The notes beneath the pieces are model-generated. The model did no database searches. It saw nothing but the letters and a program-made list of their open reading frames with translations, and was not told the origin of the DNA. The position numbers and the translations under genes are program-made. From Horticoccus luteus (GTDB lineage Bacteria > Verrucomicrobiota > Verrucomicrobiia > Opitutales > Opitutaceae): a stretch of 32,000 nucleotides of DNA. The stretch lies in the NCBI RefSeq assembly GCF_019464535.1, contig NZ_CP080507.1:600001-632000 (forward strand), read 5' to 3'. Below, piece by piece: positions 10,687 to 18,912 of this stretch. How positions within the stretch are numbered: the first letter of the stretch is position 1; each line of letters starts with the position of its first letter.

Positions 10687-10727
10687 AATCGGCAGGCGGT
10701 CGGATTCTGGCGGCGCTCACTCCGCTC

Positions 10728-11870
10728 ATGTTTCATCTCATTGCACGTGTCTTAACGGTGGGTATTTTGGCCGCCGGGCTACTCGCCGGTCGCGCCTCCG
10801 CGGCGAAGCCTGGTGCCTCCACGGACGACGGCGGCACGCAGGTCCGGGCTGCACTCAAAGCTGCGATCTTCGTGACGAATCGCGCGGGTGCTGCCTATGA
10901 TGACAAGCTCGGCACGCTGGAAGATCTCGTGACCGGAGATGTGACGAACCAAGGGGTGTCGGTCATCAGCCGGGAGACGGCGATCAGCGCCGTCGGCTCG
11001 CTCGATCCCCAGGCGACGGAAAACAAACTCGATCAACTGCTCAACCAAAGCACGTCGGCCGTGCGGCTCGCGCAGACGTTGGGGGCGGACTATATTTTGC
11101 AGGTCACGCTGACGAGCGTGGGCACGAAGAAGAATTCGTTGAACGCCTACGGCGTGAACACGACGAACGAACAGCAGACGGTGCGCGTGGGCTACAAGAT
11201 TCTCGATGGCAGCACCGGAGCGAGTCTCAGCGCGGATACGGTCAAGGCGTCCCGCAGCGTGCAGCAGTCGAAAACGACGAGCGAGGACACCTCGGATGTC
11301 GTCAACGATTTGCTCGAAGAAGCGGCCCGGAAAGTGGCCGTGAGCCTGAAGCAGCGCATCGACCGGGGTGGGATCGCCGCACCGACGGCGGCGGCGACGC
11401 TCGCGACTCTGACGCTCCGCACGGAAGCAGCAGATCTCGTGATCCCGGACGTGCGGATCGGGCCGGACAACACCGTCACGATTTCCGAAAGCAAGTTCAA
11501 GGTGGTGCCACTCGCGGCGAGCGTCGAGGTGGACGGCATCGCGGTCGGCACGGCGCCGGGGGTGTTTCAAATCCGTCCGGGCCTGAGCAAGATTCGCGTG
11601 GTCCGTGAGGGCTTCGCGCCGTGGCAGCGCACCGTGAACGTGGTTAACGATCTCAAGCTCACGGCGACGCTCGTGATGGACGACGCGGGCTATGCGAGGT
11701 GGAAGGAGGCCACGGCGTTCCTGAACGGCTTGAAGAACGACGCGAAGCTCACGGATGCGGAGGTCAAGAGACTCGAGGGCGAGGCGCGGATGCTCGAGCA
11801 GAGTGGATTCAAGGTGGATACGAAGGACGCGCCGCACATCGAAGATCACCGGTCGATTTTCGGTCGCTGA
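10728..11870 (+). CDS. Secreted protein: CsgG/LpoB-like N-terminal domain plus C-terminal PEGA domain
   Basis: Signal peptide MFHLIARVLTVGILAAGLLAGRASAAKP. The N-domain follows the CsgG/LpoB/TolB-N pattern (IFVTNRAG...LEDLVTGDVTNQGVSVISRE...LGADYILQVTLTSVG). The C-terminal VEVDGIAVGTAPGVFQIRPGLSKIRVVREGFAPWQRTVNV matches the PEGA-domain pattern. Confidence 0.7.
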   Translation: MFHLIARVLTVGILAAGLLAGRASAAKPGASTDDGGTQVRAALKAAIFVTNRAGAAYDDKLGTLEDLVTGDVTNQGVSVISRETAISAVGSLDPQATENKLDQLLNQSTSAVRLAQTLGADYILQVTLTSVGTKKNSLNAYGVNTTNEQQTVRVGYKILDGSTGASLSADTVKASRSVQQSKTTSEDTSDVVNDLLEEAARKVAVSLKQRIDRGGIAAPTAAATLATLTLRTEAADLVIPDVRIGPDNTVTISESKFKVVPLAASVEVDGIAVGTAPGVFQIRPGLSKIRVVREGFAPWQRTVNVVNDLKLTATLVMDDAGYARWKEATAFLNGLKNDAKLTDAEVKRLEGEARMLEQSGFKVDTKDAPHIEDHRSIFGR

Positions 11871-11896
11871 ACGGAAACTACCTAACGTTTTTCGCC

Positions 11897-12790
11897 ATGA
11901 AAATCTTTCGTTTCGCCGCTCTGATCGGACTCTCCGCCGTGGTGCTCGCCACTGCGCTGGTGGCGCAGGACGCGCCGCAAAAAAAGAAGCTCGCGATCAC
12001 CAAGATCTCCGCCACGGACGCGCTCCGCACGCGGATGACGAAGCAGGGCGTCGCCCTTTCGCTCGATTCCGTGCTGCAGGCGCTCGAGTCGCAGGTTTAC
12101 GAGCGGATCGTCAACACGCGGCGCTTTGAGGTCCATGAACGTGCCGATGCGGATGCGCTCGCCACGGAGGCCGCGGCGACGGGCGGCACCTTCAGCTTTG
12201 AGGGCGTCGACTATTTGCTGACGATTCGCGTGGATTCGTTCAACGACCGCGTGGAGACGCGCAAGCTGGCCGCGCTGGGCAAGACGCTTCGAGCGCGGGT
12301 GATCGAACTCTCCGCGGTCGCCAAAGTGACCGAGGTGGCGACGCAGCGCGCCGTCGTCACGACGAACTTCCAAGTCACCCAGCGCGATGCGGAGAATCGC
12401 TCCGACAACACCACGGAGCGGGTCGGTGAGGCGAGCGATGGGCTGATGATCGCGGCGACGCGCGAAATGGCGCAAAAAATTGCGAGTCGTGCCGCCGATG
12501 CGATTTATCCGGCGCGCGTGCTCGCGAAACGCGACCGGCTGGTGACGATCAATCGCAACGATCAGTCCGGGGTGAAGGTGGGCCAGGTGTGGGAAGTCTT
12601 CGTGTTGGGCGATGAGCTGGTCGATCCCGACACGGGCGACAAGAGCCGCGAGGAAGTTTTGGTCGGCCAGGTAAAAATCAGCCGCATCACGCCGCAGAAT
12701 TCCCAAGCGGAGATTCTCGAAGACACCGGCATCGATCGCGGCGCCTTGGTGCGCCTGAAGGACGACGTCGCCGACGACACGGAAAGTTAA
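11897..12790 (+). CDS. Secreted CsgG/LpoB-like protein with C-terminal small beta-barrel (SH3/OB-like) domain
   Basis: ORF 11699..12790(+), trimmed to ATG 11897 (MKIFRFAALIGLSAVVLATALVAQDA, signal peptide). The pattern KKKLAITKISA...LESQVYERIVNTRRFEVHERAD...GVDYLLTIRVDSFN is the CsgG-family layout. The tail LVTINRNDQSGVKVGQVWEVFVLG...VGQVKISRITPQNSQAEIL looks like a small beta-barrel. Confidence 0.65.
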   Translation: MKIFRFAALIGLSAVVLATALVAQDAPQKKKLAITKISATDALRTRMTKQGVALSLDSVLQALESQVYERIVNTRRFEVHERADADALATEAAATGGTFSFEGVDYLLTIRVDSFNDRVETRKLAALGKTLRARVIELSAVAKVTEVATQRAVVTTNFQVTQRDAENRSDNTTERVGEASDGLMIAATREMAQKIASRAADAIYPARVLAKRDRLVTINRNDQSGVKVGQVWEVFVLGDELVDPDTGDKSREEVLVGQVKISRITPQNSQAEILEDTGIDRGALVRLKDDVADDTES

Positions 12791-12853
12791 TTTCAGCCGC
12801 GCGGCGTGCTCAAGCGGCCGCGTTCGGCACCCAATCAATCTTCAACTCAACTT

Positions 12854-14440
12854 ATGAAATCGACCATCACCTCTCGCGCGCGACTGCCGCTGATTGCCGG
12901 CGGCCTCGCGGTGCTTTTGTTCACGGCGGGTTGCCAGACCTATCAACAGCAGACCACGCAATTCACCTCCGCCACGCGGTCCGGCAGTCTCGCCACGGCG
13001 ATCACGACGATCAACAAGCAGGCGGATTCCCATCAAGGTTCCAAAGACGAAATCGTGTGGCGGCTGGAACAGGGCCTGAGCCTGCGCACCGGAGCGCTGG
13101 CGGACGCCGGGGAAGTGGCGGGGTTGATGCCTGCGCCCGCCCCGCAGAACGATCCGGCGAGCAAGGATGCCCCGATTCTGCCGCCACCCCCGCCACCCAC
13201 GCCGGACGAAGTGCGGGTTTACTTTCTTGAACAATCGATCGTGGCGTTCGACCAGGCCGAAGCGCGGGTGAACCACTACGAGGAGGAAGCGAAGGTCAAG
13301 GTCGGCAGCGAAGTGGGCGCGGCGTTCACCAACCAGGCCAATCTGCCTTACCGCGGCCGGGCCTATGACAAGGTGATGATGAACGCCTACAAGGCCATGG
13401 ATTACCTGCAACTCGGCAAGAAGGACGACGCGCGCGTCGAGCTCAACCGCTCGCTGCAGCGCCAGCGCGATGCCGTGGCGGACAACGAAAAGCGCATTGC
13501 CGAGGCCCAGAACATCGCCGCGCAGGCGAAGGCCGGGAAGGTGAAGACGGCGGAAGGCAAGAGTGCGGCTTACGATACGAACAAGGCGCTGAACGACGCG
13601 AAGACCGGCCCGGCGTTGCAGGCCGCGCTCAATGAATCACTCGCACCGATGAAGCCTTATGGCGACTACGTGAACCCCTACGCGGTGTTCTGGGACGGAC
13701 TGTTCTTCGTCAACCTCGGCGAAAATGGTTCCGACTGGGAACGCGCGCGCAAATCACTCGAACGCGCCGCGCAAATCGTCCCGGAGAATCCTTATCTCAA
13801 GCAGGACCTCGATCTCGCGACGCACGTCGCCGAGGGCAAGGCGCCGGAGAATCTCACCTACGTCATCTTCGAGACGGGCACCGGTCCCGCCCGTGATCAG
13901 GTGCAGATCAACATTCCCACGTTTCTGATCGGCGGCGGCCCGGCTTACGTCGGAGCCGCGTTTCCGAAGCTGAAATTCAACAACGACTACATCGCTTCGC
14001 TCGCCGTGTCGGGCGGCGACCAAACGTGCTCGACGTCCACCATCGCGAGCATGGACAGCATCGTGGCGAACGACTTCAAAAATGAGTGGCCCAGCGTGCT
14101 CACGAAGACGCTCGTGACCACGGCGACCAAGGCGATCACGCAAGCGGTCGTGGAGAAAACGGCCAACAACCGGGGCGGCATGTGGGGCGGCCTCGCAGCG
14201 AAAGTGCTGATGAGCGCAATCAACGCTTCGACCAACGTCGCCGATACGCGCACGTGGACGAGCCTGCCGAAGGAGTTCCAATATGCACGAATCACCACGC
14301 CCGCGGACCGCAAACTTGCCCTCAACGCCGGGGGTGTCGCGCACACCGTCGATCTCGTGCCGGGCTCCGTGAACATCGTCTACGTCAAGAGCACGTCGAC
14401 GACCGCTCCGCTCCTCGTCTCCCAATTCGCCCTCCGATGA
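12854..14440 (+). CDS. Large lipoprotein, TPR-like N-region, COG3014-like (tentative); module part A1
   Basis: ORF 12806..14440(+), trimmed to ATG 12854 (MKSTITSRARLPLIAGGLAVLLFTAGC, lipobox). It is visibly paralogous to 17693..18886. Shared motifs: Y-x-x-R-A-Y-[DE]-[KR]-x-M...Y...G...[DN]AR, [IV]FE-x-G-x-GP, and ADTRTWTSLP versus ADIRTWDNLP. The family name comes from memory only. Confidence 0.65.
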   Translation: MKSTITSRARLPLIAGGLAVLLFTAGCQTYQQQTTQFTSATRSGSLATAITTINKQADSHQGSKDEIVWRLEQGLSLRTGALADAGEVAGLMPAPAPQNDPASKDAPILPPPPPPTPDEVRVYFLEQSIVAFDQAEARVNHYEEEAKVKVGSEVGAAFTNQANLPYRGRAYDKVMMNAYKAMDYLQLGKKDDARVELNRSLQRQRDAVADNEKRIAEAQNIAAQAKAGKVKTAEGKSAAYDTNKALNDAKTGPALQAALNESLAPMKPYGDYVNPYAVFWDGLFFVNLGENGSDWERARKSLERAAQIVPENPYLKQDLDLATHVAEGKAPENLTYVIFETGTGPARDQVQINIPTFLIGGGPAYVGAAFPKLKFNNDYIASLAVSGGDQTCSTSTIASMDSIVANDFKNEWPSVLTKTLVTTATKAITQAVVEKTANNRGGMWGGLAAKVLMSAINASTNVADTRTWTSLPKEFQYARITTPADRKLALNAGGVAHTVDLVPGSVNIVYVKSTSTTAPLLVSQFALR

Positions 14441-14874
14441 AGAATTTCTCCCTCCGCATTCCGGTGGTTTCGCGCGGTCGCGCACTGCTGGCCGTCGCCG
14501 TGGGGCTGCTCGCCGGCTGTGCGACCAACGTTAACACTGTGGAGCGCGCCCAACCGCAGGCTGCTCCCACCTACATCGCCGACAAGCGCGTCGTCACCGA
14601 CAACACACTTGCCGGCATGGTGCGGGTTGTCGCGATCAACCAGTCGACCGTGTCGGGCAACCTGCTGAAGGTGCAAGCGACCATCGAGAATAGAAAGAAC
14701 TCGCTGCGCACGCTGAACTACAAGTTCGAGTGGATCGACCGCGATGGCATGGCCATCAACTCGCCCAACGAAACTTGGAAATCCGTCCAACTCCAAGGCC
14801 GCGAGACGACGACCATTGCCACCGTCGCCATCAATCCGCGCGCCGTCGATTTCGTCCTCAAACTTCGCGAATAA
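14437..14874 (+). CDS. YcfL/DUF1425-like small lipoprotein; module part B1
   Basis: ORF 14086..14874(+), trimmed to ATG 14437, which overlaps the A1 stop as ATGA. Lipoprotein signal MKNFSLRIPVVSRGRALLAVAVGLLAGC. The core LLKVQATIENRKNSLRTLNYKFEWIDRDGMAI...TTTIATVA...AVDFVLKLR matches the E. coli YcfL pattern (..VHYRFYWYDARGLE..). Confidence 0.7.
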   Translation: MKNFSLRIPVVSRGRALLAVAVGLLAGCATNVNTVERAQPQAAPTYIADKRVVTDNTLAGMVRVVAINQSTVSGNLLKVQATIENRKNSLRTLNYKFEWIDRDGMAINSPNETWKSVQLQGRETTTIATVAINPRAVDFVLKLRE

Positions 14875-14886
14875 CCGTCTCTCTTT

Positions 14887-15492
14887 ATGAATCCTCCACA
14901 TTTCTTCCGTCCGCTGCTCGGGGCTTGCTCCGCGTCGGTCCTCTTCTTCGCCGGCTGCGCCACAGCGCCAGAGACGCGCACCATCGATTCGAAGGGGCCC
15001 GAAGCGCTTAACACCGCGAGCATCAACTCGCAGGACTGGGCCAGCGCCGCCGACCAGCTCGTGCAATCGTTGCTCACGTCCAACGCCCTCGACCGCGTCC
15101 GCACGCAACCGGCCGTGCTCGCCGTCGACCGCATCATCAATAACACCACGCTCTCAGTGGACACGGACTTGCTCATCAAGAAAATCCGCGTGGCGTTGAC
15201 GCAGACCGGCAAGGTCGCGGTGACGAATACCATGGGCCTGGGCGAACGTGCCGTGGTGGCTTCCGAAGCGGCCGAAATGGAAGAAATGACGACCGGCAAG
15301 AAACAAAAACTAAAGGCGCCAGACTTCACGCTATACGGGAAACTCATCCAGCAGACCGACCGCGCGAAGAGCGTCACCCAAAACACCTACACGTTTCAAA
15401 TGTCGCTGGTGGACGTGAAGAGCGGGCTCACGGTGTGGGAAGAGGAGCGCGAAATCGCGAAGCAGACGAAGCGGTCCAGCGTCGGCTGGTAA
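14887..15492 (+). CDS. LpoB/COG3417-like lipoprotein (penicillin-binding-protein-activator family); module part C1
   Basis: Lipobox SVLFFAGC. It shows the LpoB-like layout: SQDWASAADQLVQSLL, PAVLAVDRIINNTTLSVDTDLLIKKIRVALTQTGKV, PDFTLYGKLIQQ, YTFQMSLVDVKSGLTVWEEEREIAKQ. It starts 12 nt after B1. Confidence 0.75.
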   Translation: MNPPHFFRPLLGACSASVLFFAGCATAPETRTIDSKGPEALNTASINSQDWASAADQLVQSLLTSNALDRVRTQPAVLAVDRIINNTTLSVDTDLLIKKIRVALTQTGKVAVTNTMGLGERAVVASEAAEMEEMTTGKKQKLKAPDFTLYGKLIQQTDRAKSVTQNTYTFQMSLVDVKSGLTVWEEEREIAKQTKRSSVGW

Positions 15493-15567
15493 CGCGACGC
15501 CTACGCGGATCGCCCTGTCCGCCAAGCGCGTGAGATTATCAAGGGAGGCGTGAGCGAAAGGAGTATC

Positions 15568-15598
15568 AACCCCGGCCGTGGTGCCGGGGTTTTTCTTT
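15568..15598 (+). terminator. Rho-independent terminator ending the first lipoprotein operon
   Basis: AACCCCGGC-cgtggt-GCCGGGGTT forms a 9-bp stem with a 6-nt loop. It runs into TTTTTCTTT and lies 76 nt after the C1 stop, between convergent genes. Confidence 0.8.
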
Positions 15599-15699
15599 GG
15601 CTGAATGACGCGACGACAAGGTGCCGGCGTGTGCGGCAGGCACGGGCGCGAGCGCCGGCGATGGGCCGATGCCGGGAGTGGCGCGGTGCCTGGGCGCCG

Positions 15700-16041
15700 T
15701 CACTTCGTGAGCGGTCGCCCCTGTTCGTCGACTTCCGTTTCCACGGGCACTTGGATAGTGCGCCCGTCGGAGGTGGTCTCGGTGCGCCAGGTGCGCACAA
15801 TCCGGTGCTCGTTGGCAAACGGGGATTTTGCCGCGGCGCTCGCTCCCTCAGCAGCGCCCACCGCCGCTCCTGCGACGGTGCCGGCCACGGCGCCAACGAC
15901 GGTTCCAGCGGCTTCGCCAAGCGCGGGGCCGGGATGGTTGGGGTTGGTGATCCGGCTTTCCGCGGAGCGGGTGGCGCACCCGGAAAGCAAGGCGATCCCG
16001 AACGAAAAGGCAGCGGCGAGTGCGGTGGACCGAGTGGTCAT
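15700..16041 (-). CDS. Small glycine-zipper lipoprotein (SlyB / 17-kDa-antigen-like)
   Basis: ORF 15700..16083(-), trimmed to the ATG at 16039-16041 (MTTRSTALAAAFSFGIALLSGC, lipobox). It carries the GxxxG ladder GTVVGAVAGTVAGAAVGAAEG. Third codon positions are G/C-rich in this frame. The overlapping + strand ORF 15605..16240 has no export signal and is Arg-rich. Confidence 0.7.
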   Translation of the reverse strand: MTTRSTALAAAFSFGIALLSGCATRSAESRITNPNHPGPALGEAAGTVVGAVAGTVAGAAVGAAEGASAAAKSPFANEHRIVRTWRTETTSDGRTIQVPVETEVDEQGRPLTK

Positions 16042-16167
16042 GGAAGTGACTGGTGAGCATGGGCCTGCCGCGGATTTCGACAAGCGTGAAGCGTGGATTC
16101 TGCCGGAAGGGTGGGGGGAAATCTCCGTCCGCTGGTGGAGTTTGTGCTCTGGGCTGCTATTTTCCCC

Positions 16168-16196
16168 GCCAACTCGCGTTCCGAGCGCGAGTTGGC
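16168..16196. repeat. Perfect 11-bp inverted repeat GCCAACTCGCG-N7-CGCGAGTTGGC (candidate operator or 5' UTR hairpin)
   Basis: Read directly from the sequence. It sits in the divergent intergenic region between the two glycine-zipper genes, 73 nt upstream of ATG 16269. Confidence 0.6.
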
Positions 16197-16268
16197 ATCC
16201 TCACTGGACCACGCCTTGTTTGGTGAAACCTCATGAGTAACATCCTGTCTCCGAAACTTCCCAACCGC

Positions 16269-16880
16269 ATGAAAACGCTTCTCACCCTCAGCCTTGCCCT
16301 TGGCTTGTTCGCCTCGGCGGACGCGCAAGCGTTTCGGCCGCATTGGGGGCATGCGGGACACGGGGGAGCGCATTATCACGGCGGGGCGTTTCATCACGGC
16401 TCGCATCGTGGCTGGGCGCGGCCGTCTTTCTCCTTTTACTACTCCGACCACGGTTGGAATCCGGCGCCGTTATATTCGTATCGTTATGCCAGTGCGCCGG
16501 TTTACGTCTCGTCGGACTACGTGTCGCCCGCACCCAGCCGGGCGGCGTCGGGGTTGTTTTGGGGCGGGTTGCTGGGGGCAATTGTAGGCAACAACAGCGG
16601 CAGCCTCGGCCACAATGCGTGGCGCGGAGCCGCCTACGGCGCGGGTGCGGGTTTGCTGCTCGGCGCGCTGAGCGACCATGCGGCTTCCGAACGCGAGGCG
16701 GCGGCGGCCCGCACGGTATCTTACGTGCCCACGCCCTCCAGCCCGGCGCCGGCCATCGCTGCCGCGAACGTCGAAGACTCCGCTGCCGTCCGTGATCAGA
16801 CGCCCGACCCGGCGCCCCGCGTGCGGCGGCGTCCGGCGTCCGCGATGAGTTCGGCGAATTCCCTGTTCGGCCGCAACTGA
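16269..16880 (+). CDS. Secreted His/Gly-rich glycine-zipper protein
   Basis: ORF 16233..16880(+), with the start taken at ATG 16269 (MKTLLTLSLALGLFASADAQA, signal peptide). The mature N-terminus FRPHWGHAGHGGAHYHGGAFHHGSHRGW has 8 His. A glycine-zipper core follows (GLFWGGLLGAIVGNNSGSLGHNAWRGAAYGAGAGLLLGAL), then a Pro/Ala-rich tail. Confidence 0.7.
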   Translation: MKTLLTLSLALGLFASADAQAFRPHWGHAGHGGAHYHGGAFHHGSHRGWARPSFSFYYSDHGWNPAPLYSYRYASAPVYVSSDYVSPAPSRAASGLFWGGLLGAIVGNNSGSLGHNAWRGAAYGAGAGLLLGALSDHAASEREAAAARTVSYVPTPSSPAPAIAAANVEDSAAVRDQTPDPAPRVRRRPASAMSSANSLFGRN

Positions 16881-16905
16881 CGCAGCCCTGGGCCAACTTT
16901 TTCCC

Positions 16906-17541
16906 ATGATGAACCTCACCACTCGAATCGTGCCCCTTTCCTGCTTGGCGGCGCTGGCGGCGTTTTCCGCCGGCTGCACGTCGTCCGGCGTCAAAAATCC
17001 TTCCGGCGTGCCCGTGACCGAGATGAAAGCCGATGAACGCGGCTTCGTCGCCGGCACCGGCGTCGAGTCGCAGGATCTCGTGGCCGTCACCGACAAGATG
17101 GCGCGCAGCATTCTCGCGATTCCGGAAATCGCGCAGGCCAAAACGCCGCCGCGCATCGCCCTCGATCCGGTGATCAACGAGACGCGTTTCCCGATCAACA
17201 AGGACATCTTCAACGATCGCATCCGCATCCAGCTCAACACCAAGGCGGCGGGCAAAGTGCGGTTTCTCGCGCGCGATCGCATGAAGACCCTCGAGCACGA
17301 ACGTGAGCTCAAGCAATCCGGCCAGGTCACGGCGAGCTCCGATCCGAACGTCGTCGAGTTTCGCGGCGCGGATTACTTCCTGACCGGCAAACTCGCCGGC
17401 ATGTCCACGCGCACCTCCGCCGGCACCAGCGACTACGTCTTGTATAGTTTCCAACTGATCGACGCGCGGACGAGCGAAGTGGTGTGGGAAGATGCGTCGG
17501 AGATCAAAAAGCAGGGTCTGGAAGACGCCGCCTATCGGTGA
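16906..17541 (+). CDS. LpoB/COG3417-like lipoprotein, second paralog; module part C2
   Basis: Lipobox AAFSAGC. It aligns by eye with C1: SQDLVAVTDKMARSIL, PRIALDPVINETRFPINKDIFNDRIRIQLNTKAAGKV, ADYFLTGKLAG, YVLYSFQLIDARTSEVVWEDASEIKKQG. It starts 25 nt after the preceding gene. Confidence 0.75.
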   Translation: MMNLTTRIVPLSCLAALAAFSAGCTSSGVKNPSGVPVTEMKADERGFVAGTGVESQDLVAVTDKMARSILAIPEIAQAKTPPRIALDPVINETRFPINKDIFNDRIRIQLNTKAAGKVRFLARDRMKTLEHERELKQSGQVTASSDPNVVEFRGADYFLTGKLAGMSTRTSAGTSDYVLYSFQLIDARTSEVVWEDASEIKKQGLEDAAYR

Positions 17542-17692
17542 GCCCTGCGGCGCGGCTTCGTCGGCGCGGCTCTTCCTCGATCAACGAAGGGCCGGGCGCG
17601 ATGAGTCGCCCGGGTGAATTTATCGTCGGAAGAGCAGGCGAGCCTCGTCGCGGGGCTCGCCGTTCTGTCTGACCCAAAACGTTTCCTCTGCT

Positions 17693-18886
17693 GTGCAACT
17701 GCGTTTCCCGAGTTTTCTTTCCGGCTCCCTGCTGGCGGCGGCCATCCTGCTTGCGGGCTGTGCCACCACGCCGCAAGCGCCGCGCTTCGCGCTCACGGGC
17801 GATCCCGTGATCGATGGCAACAACGAGCAGGCCGCCGGTCCCAAGCAGGATCGCGTGCTGTGGGATTACCGCATCGCGGCGTCCGCGATGCGCCTGGGGC
17901 GCTTCGATGAGGCCAAGGCCAAACTCGACGACGCCATTCTCACAATGGGCGGCATCATCGCCGATTCCGCCGACGCCAAGCGCGCGCGCAGTCTCTTCGC
18001 CGCGGAGAGCGCGAAGACGTTCATCGGCGAACCGTATGAACGGGCGATGGCGTATTATTATCGCGGCATCCTCTATTGGCGCGACGGCGAGCCGGACAAC
18101 GCGCGCGCCTGTTTTCGCTCGGCGGAGTTTATCGACAGCGATGCCGACAACGCCGAATACAAGGGCGACTACGTGCTCTGCGATTACCTCGATGGCTACG
18201 TGACGGCCCGCCTCGGCGGCGATGGTTCCGATGCGCGCCAGCGGGCCGAGCGCAACCGCCATCGGCCGATGCCGCCCTACGATCTCAAGGCCAATGTGCT
18301 CTGCTTCGTCGAATACGGTCGCGGTCCGCGCAAATACGGTGGCGGCGAATACGGCGAGCAGTTGCGTTTTCAAGTCACCGATTCGCCGGCGCATTACGCG
18401 CGCCTCACGGTCGAAGGTCGCACCTACGAACTGCCGCCTTACGATGATCTCAATTTCCAAGCGACGACCCGCGGCGGCCGCGTGATGGACTACATTCTCG
18501 GGCACAAGGCCGTCTTCAAGCAGGGCGCGGACACGGTCGGCAACGTCGGCCTGCTCGGCGCGGCCGCGGCGTCCTCGGGCATTTATCGGCGCGACGGTTC
18601 GAAGAATCACGACGCCGAAAACGCCACCGTCGCCCTCGCGGCGATCGGCCTGATCAGCAAGCTGGCCGCGGCGGCGACGACGCCGCACGCCGACATCCGC
18701 ACGTGGGACAACCTGCCGCAGCGCCTGAGCTTTGCGGCGTTGCGCCTCGCGCCGGGCGAACATCGCGGCGTGCTGGAATTTCTCGACGAACGGCACCATG
18801 TTCTGGGTGATCGCTCCCGGGAAATCGTGCTGCAAGTCAACGCCGAGGGTGACACCGTCGTGTTTCTCAGCGAACTAAAATCCTGA
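17693..18886 (+). CDS. Large lipoprotein, COG3014-like (tentative), paralog of 12854..14440; module part A2
   Basis: GTG start at 17693 gives a lipoprotein signal (QLRFPSFLSGSLLAAAILLAGC). It shares these segments with A1: GEPYERAMAYYYRGILYWRDGEPDNARACFRSA, VLCFVEYGRGPRK, and ADIRTWDNLPQRLSFAAL. Confidence 0.65.
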   Translation: MQLRFPSFLSGSLLAAAILLAGCATTPQAPRFALTGDPVIDGNNEQAAGPKQDRVLWDYRIAASAMRLGRFDEAKAKLDDAILTMGGIIADSADAKRARSLFAAESAKTFIGEPYERAMAYYYRGILYWRDGEPDNARACFRSAEFIDSDADNAEYKGDYVLCDYLDGYVTARLGGDGSDARQRAERNRHRPMPPYDLKANVLCFVEYGRGPRKYGGGEYGEQLRFQVTDSPAHYARLTVEGRTYELPPYDDLNFQATTRGGRVMDYILGHKAVFKQGADTVGNVGLLGAAAASSGIYRRDGSKNHDAENATVALAAIGLISKLAAAATTPHADIRTWDNLPQRLSFAALRLAPGEHRGVLEFLDERHHVLGDRSREIVLQVNAEGDTVVFLSELKS

Positions 18887-18912
18887 CCGCAAGTCTCACC
18901 GCTTCTGACGCC

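Noticed and set aside
15605-16240. 211-aa plus-strand ORF overlapping the glycine-zipper lipoprotein locus
   Set aside because: Its Ala/Pro/Thr-rich middle (AAPTAAPATVPATAPTTVPAASP) is simply the antisense reading of the Gly-zipper codons. It lacks any signal or motif. The minus-strand frame, in contrast, has a signal peptide, a lipobox and G/C-rich third positions.
16288-18835. Minus-strand ORFs of 388 aa (16288-17454) and 443 aa (17504-18835) across the second lipoprotein module
   Set aside because: They have no signal peptides or motifs and are Arg/Gly/Ala-rich. They are antisense to + strand ORFs that have lipoboxes and clear paralogy to module 1. The same reasoning applies to 10779-11849, 11882-12838, 13754-14485 and 19525-20595.
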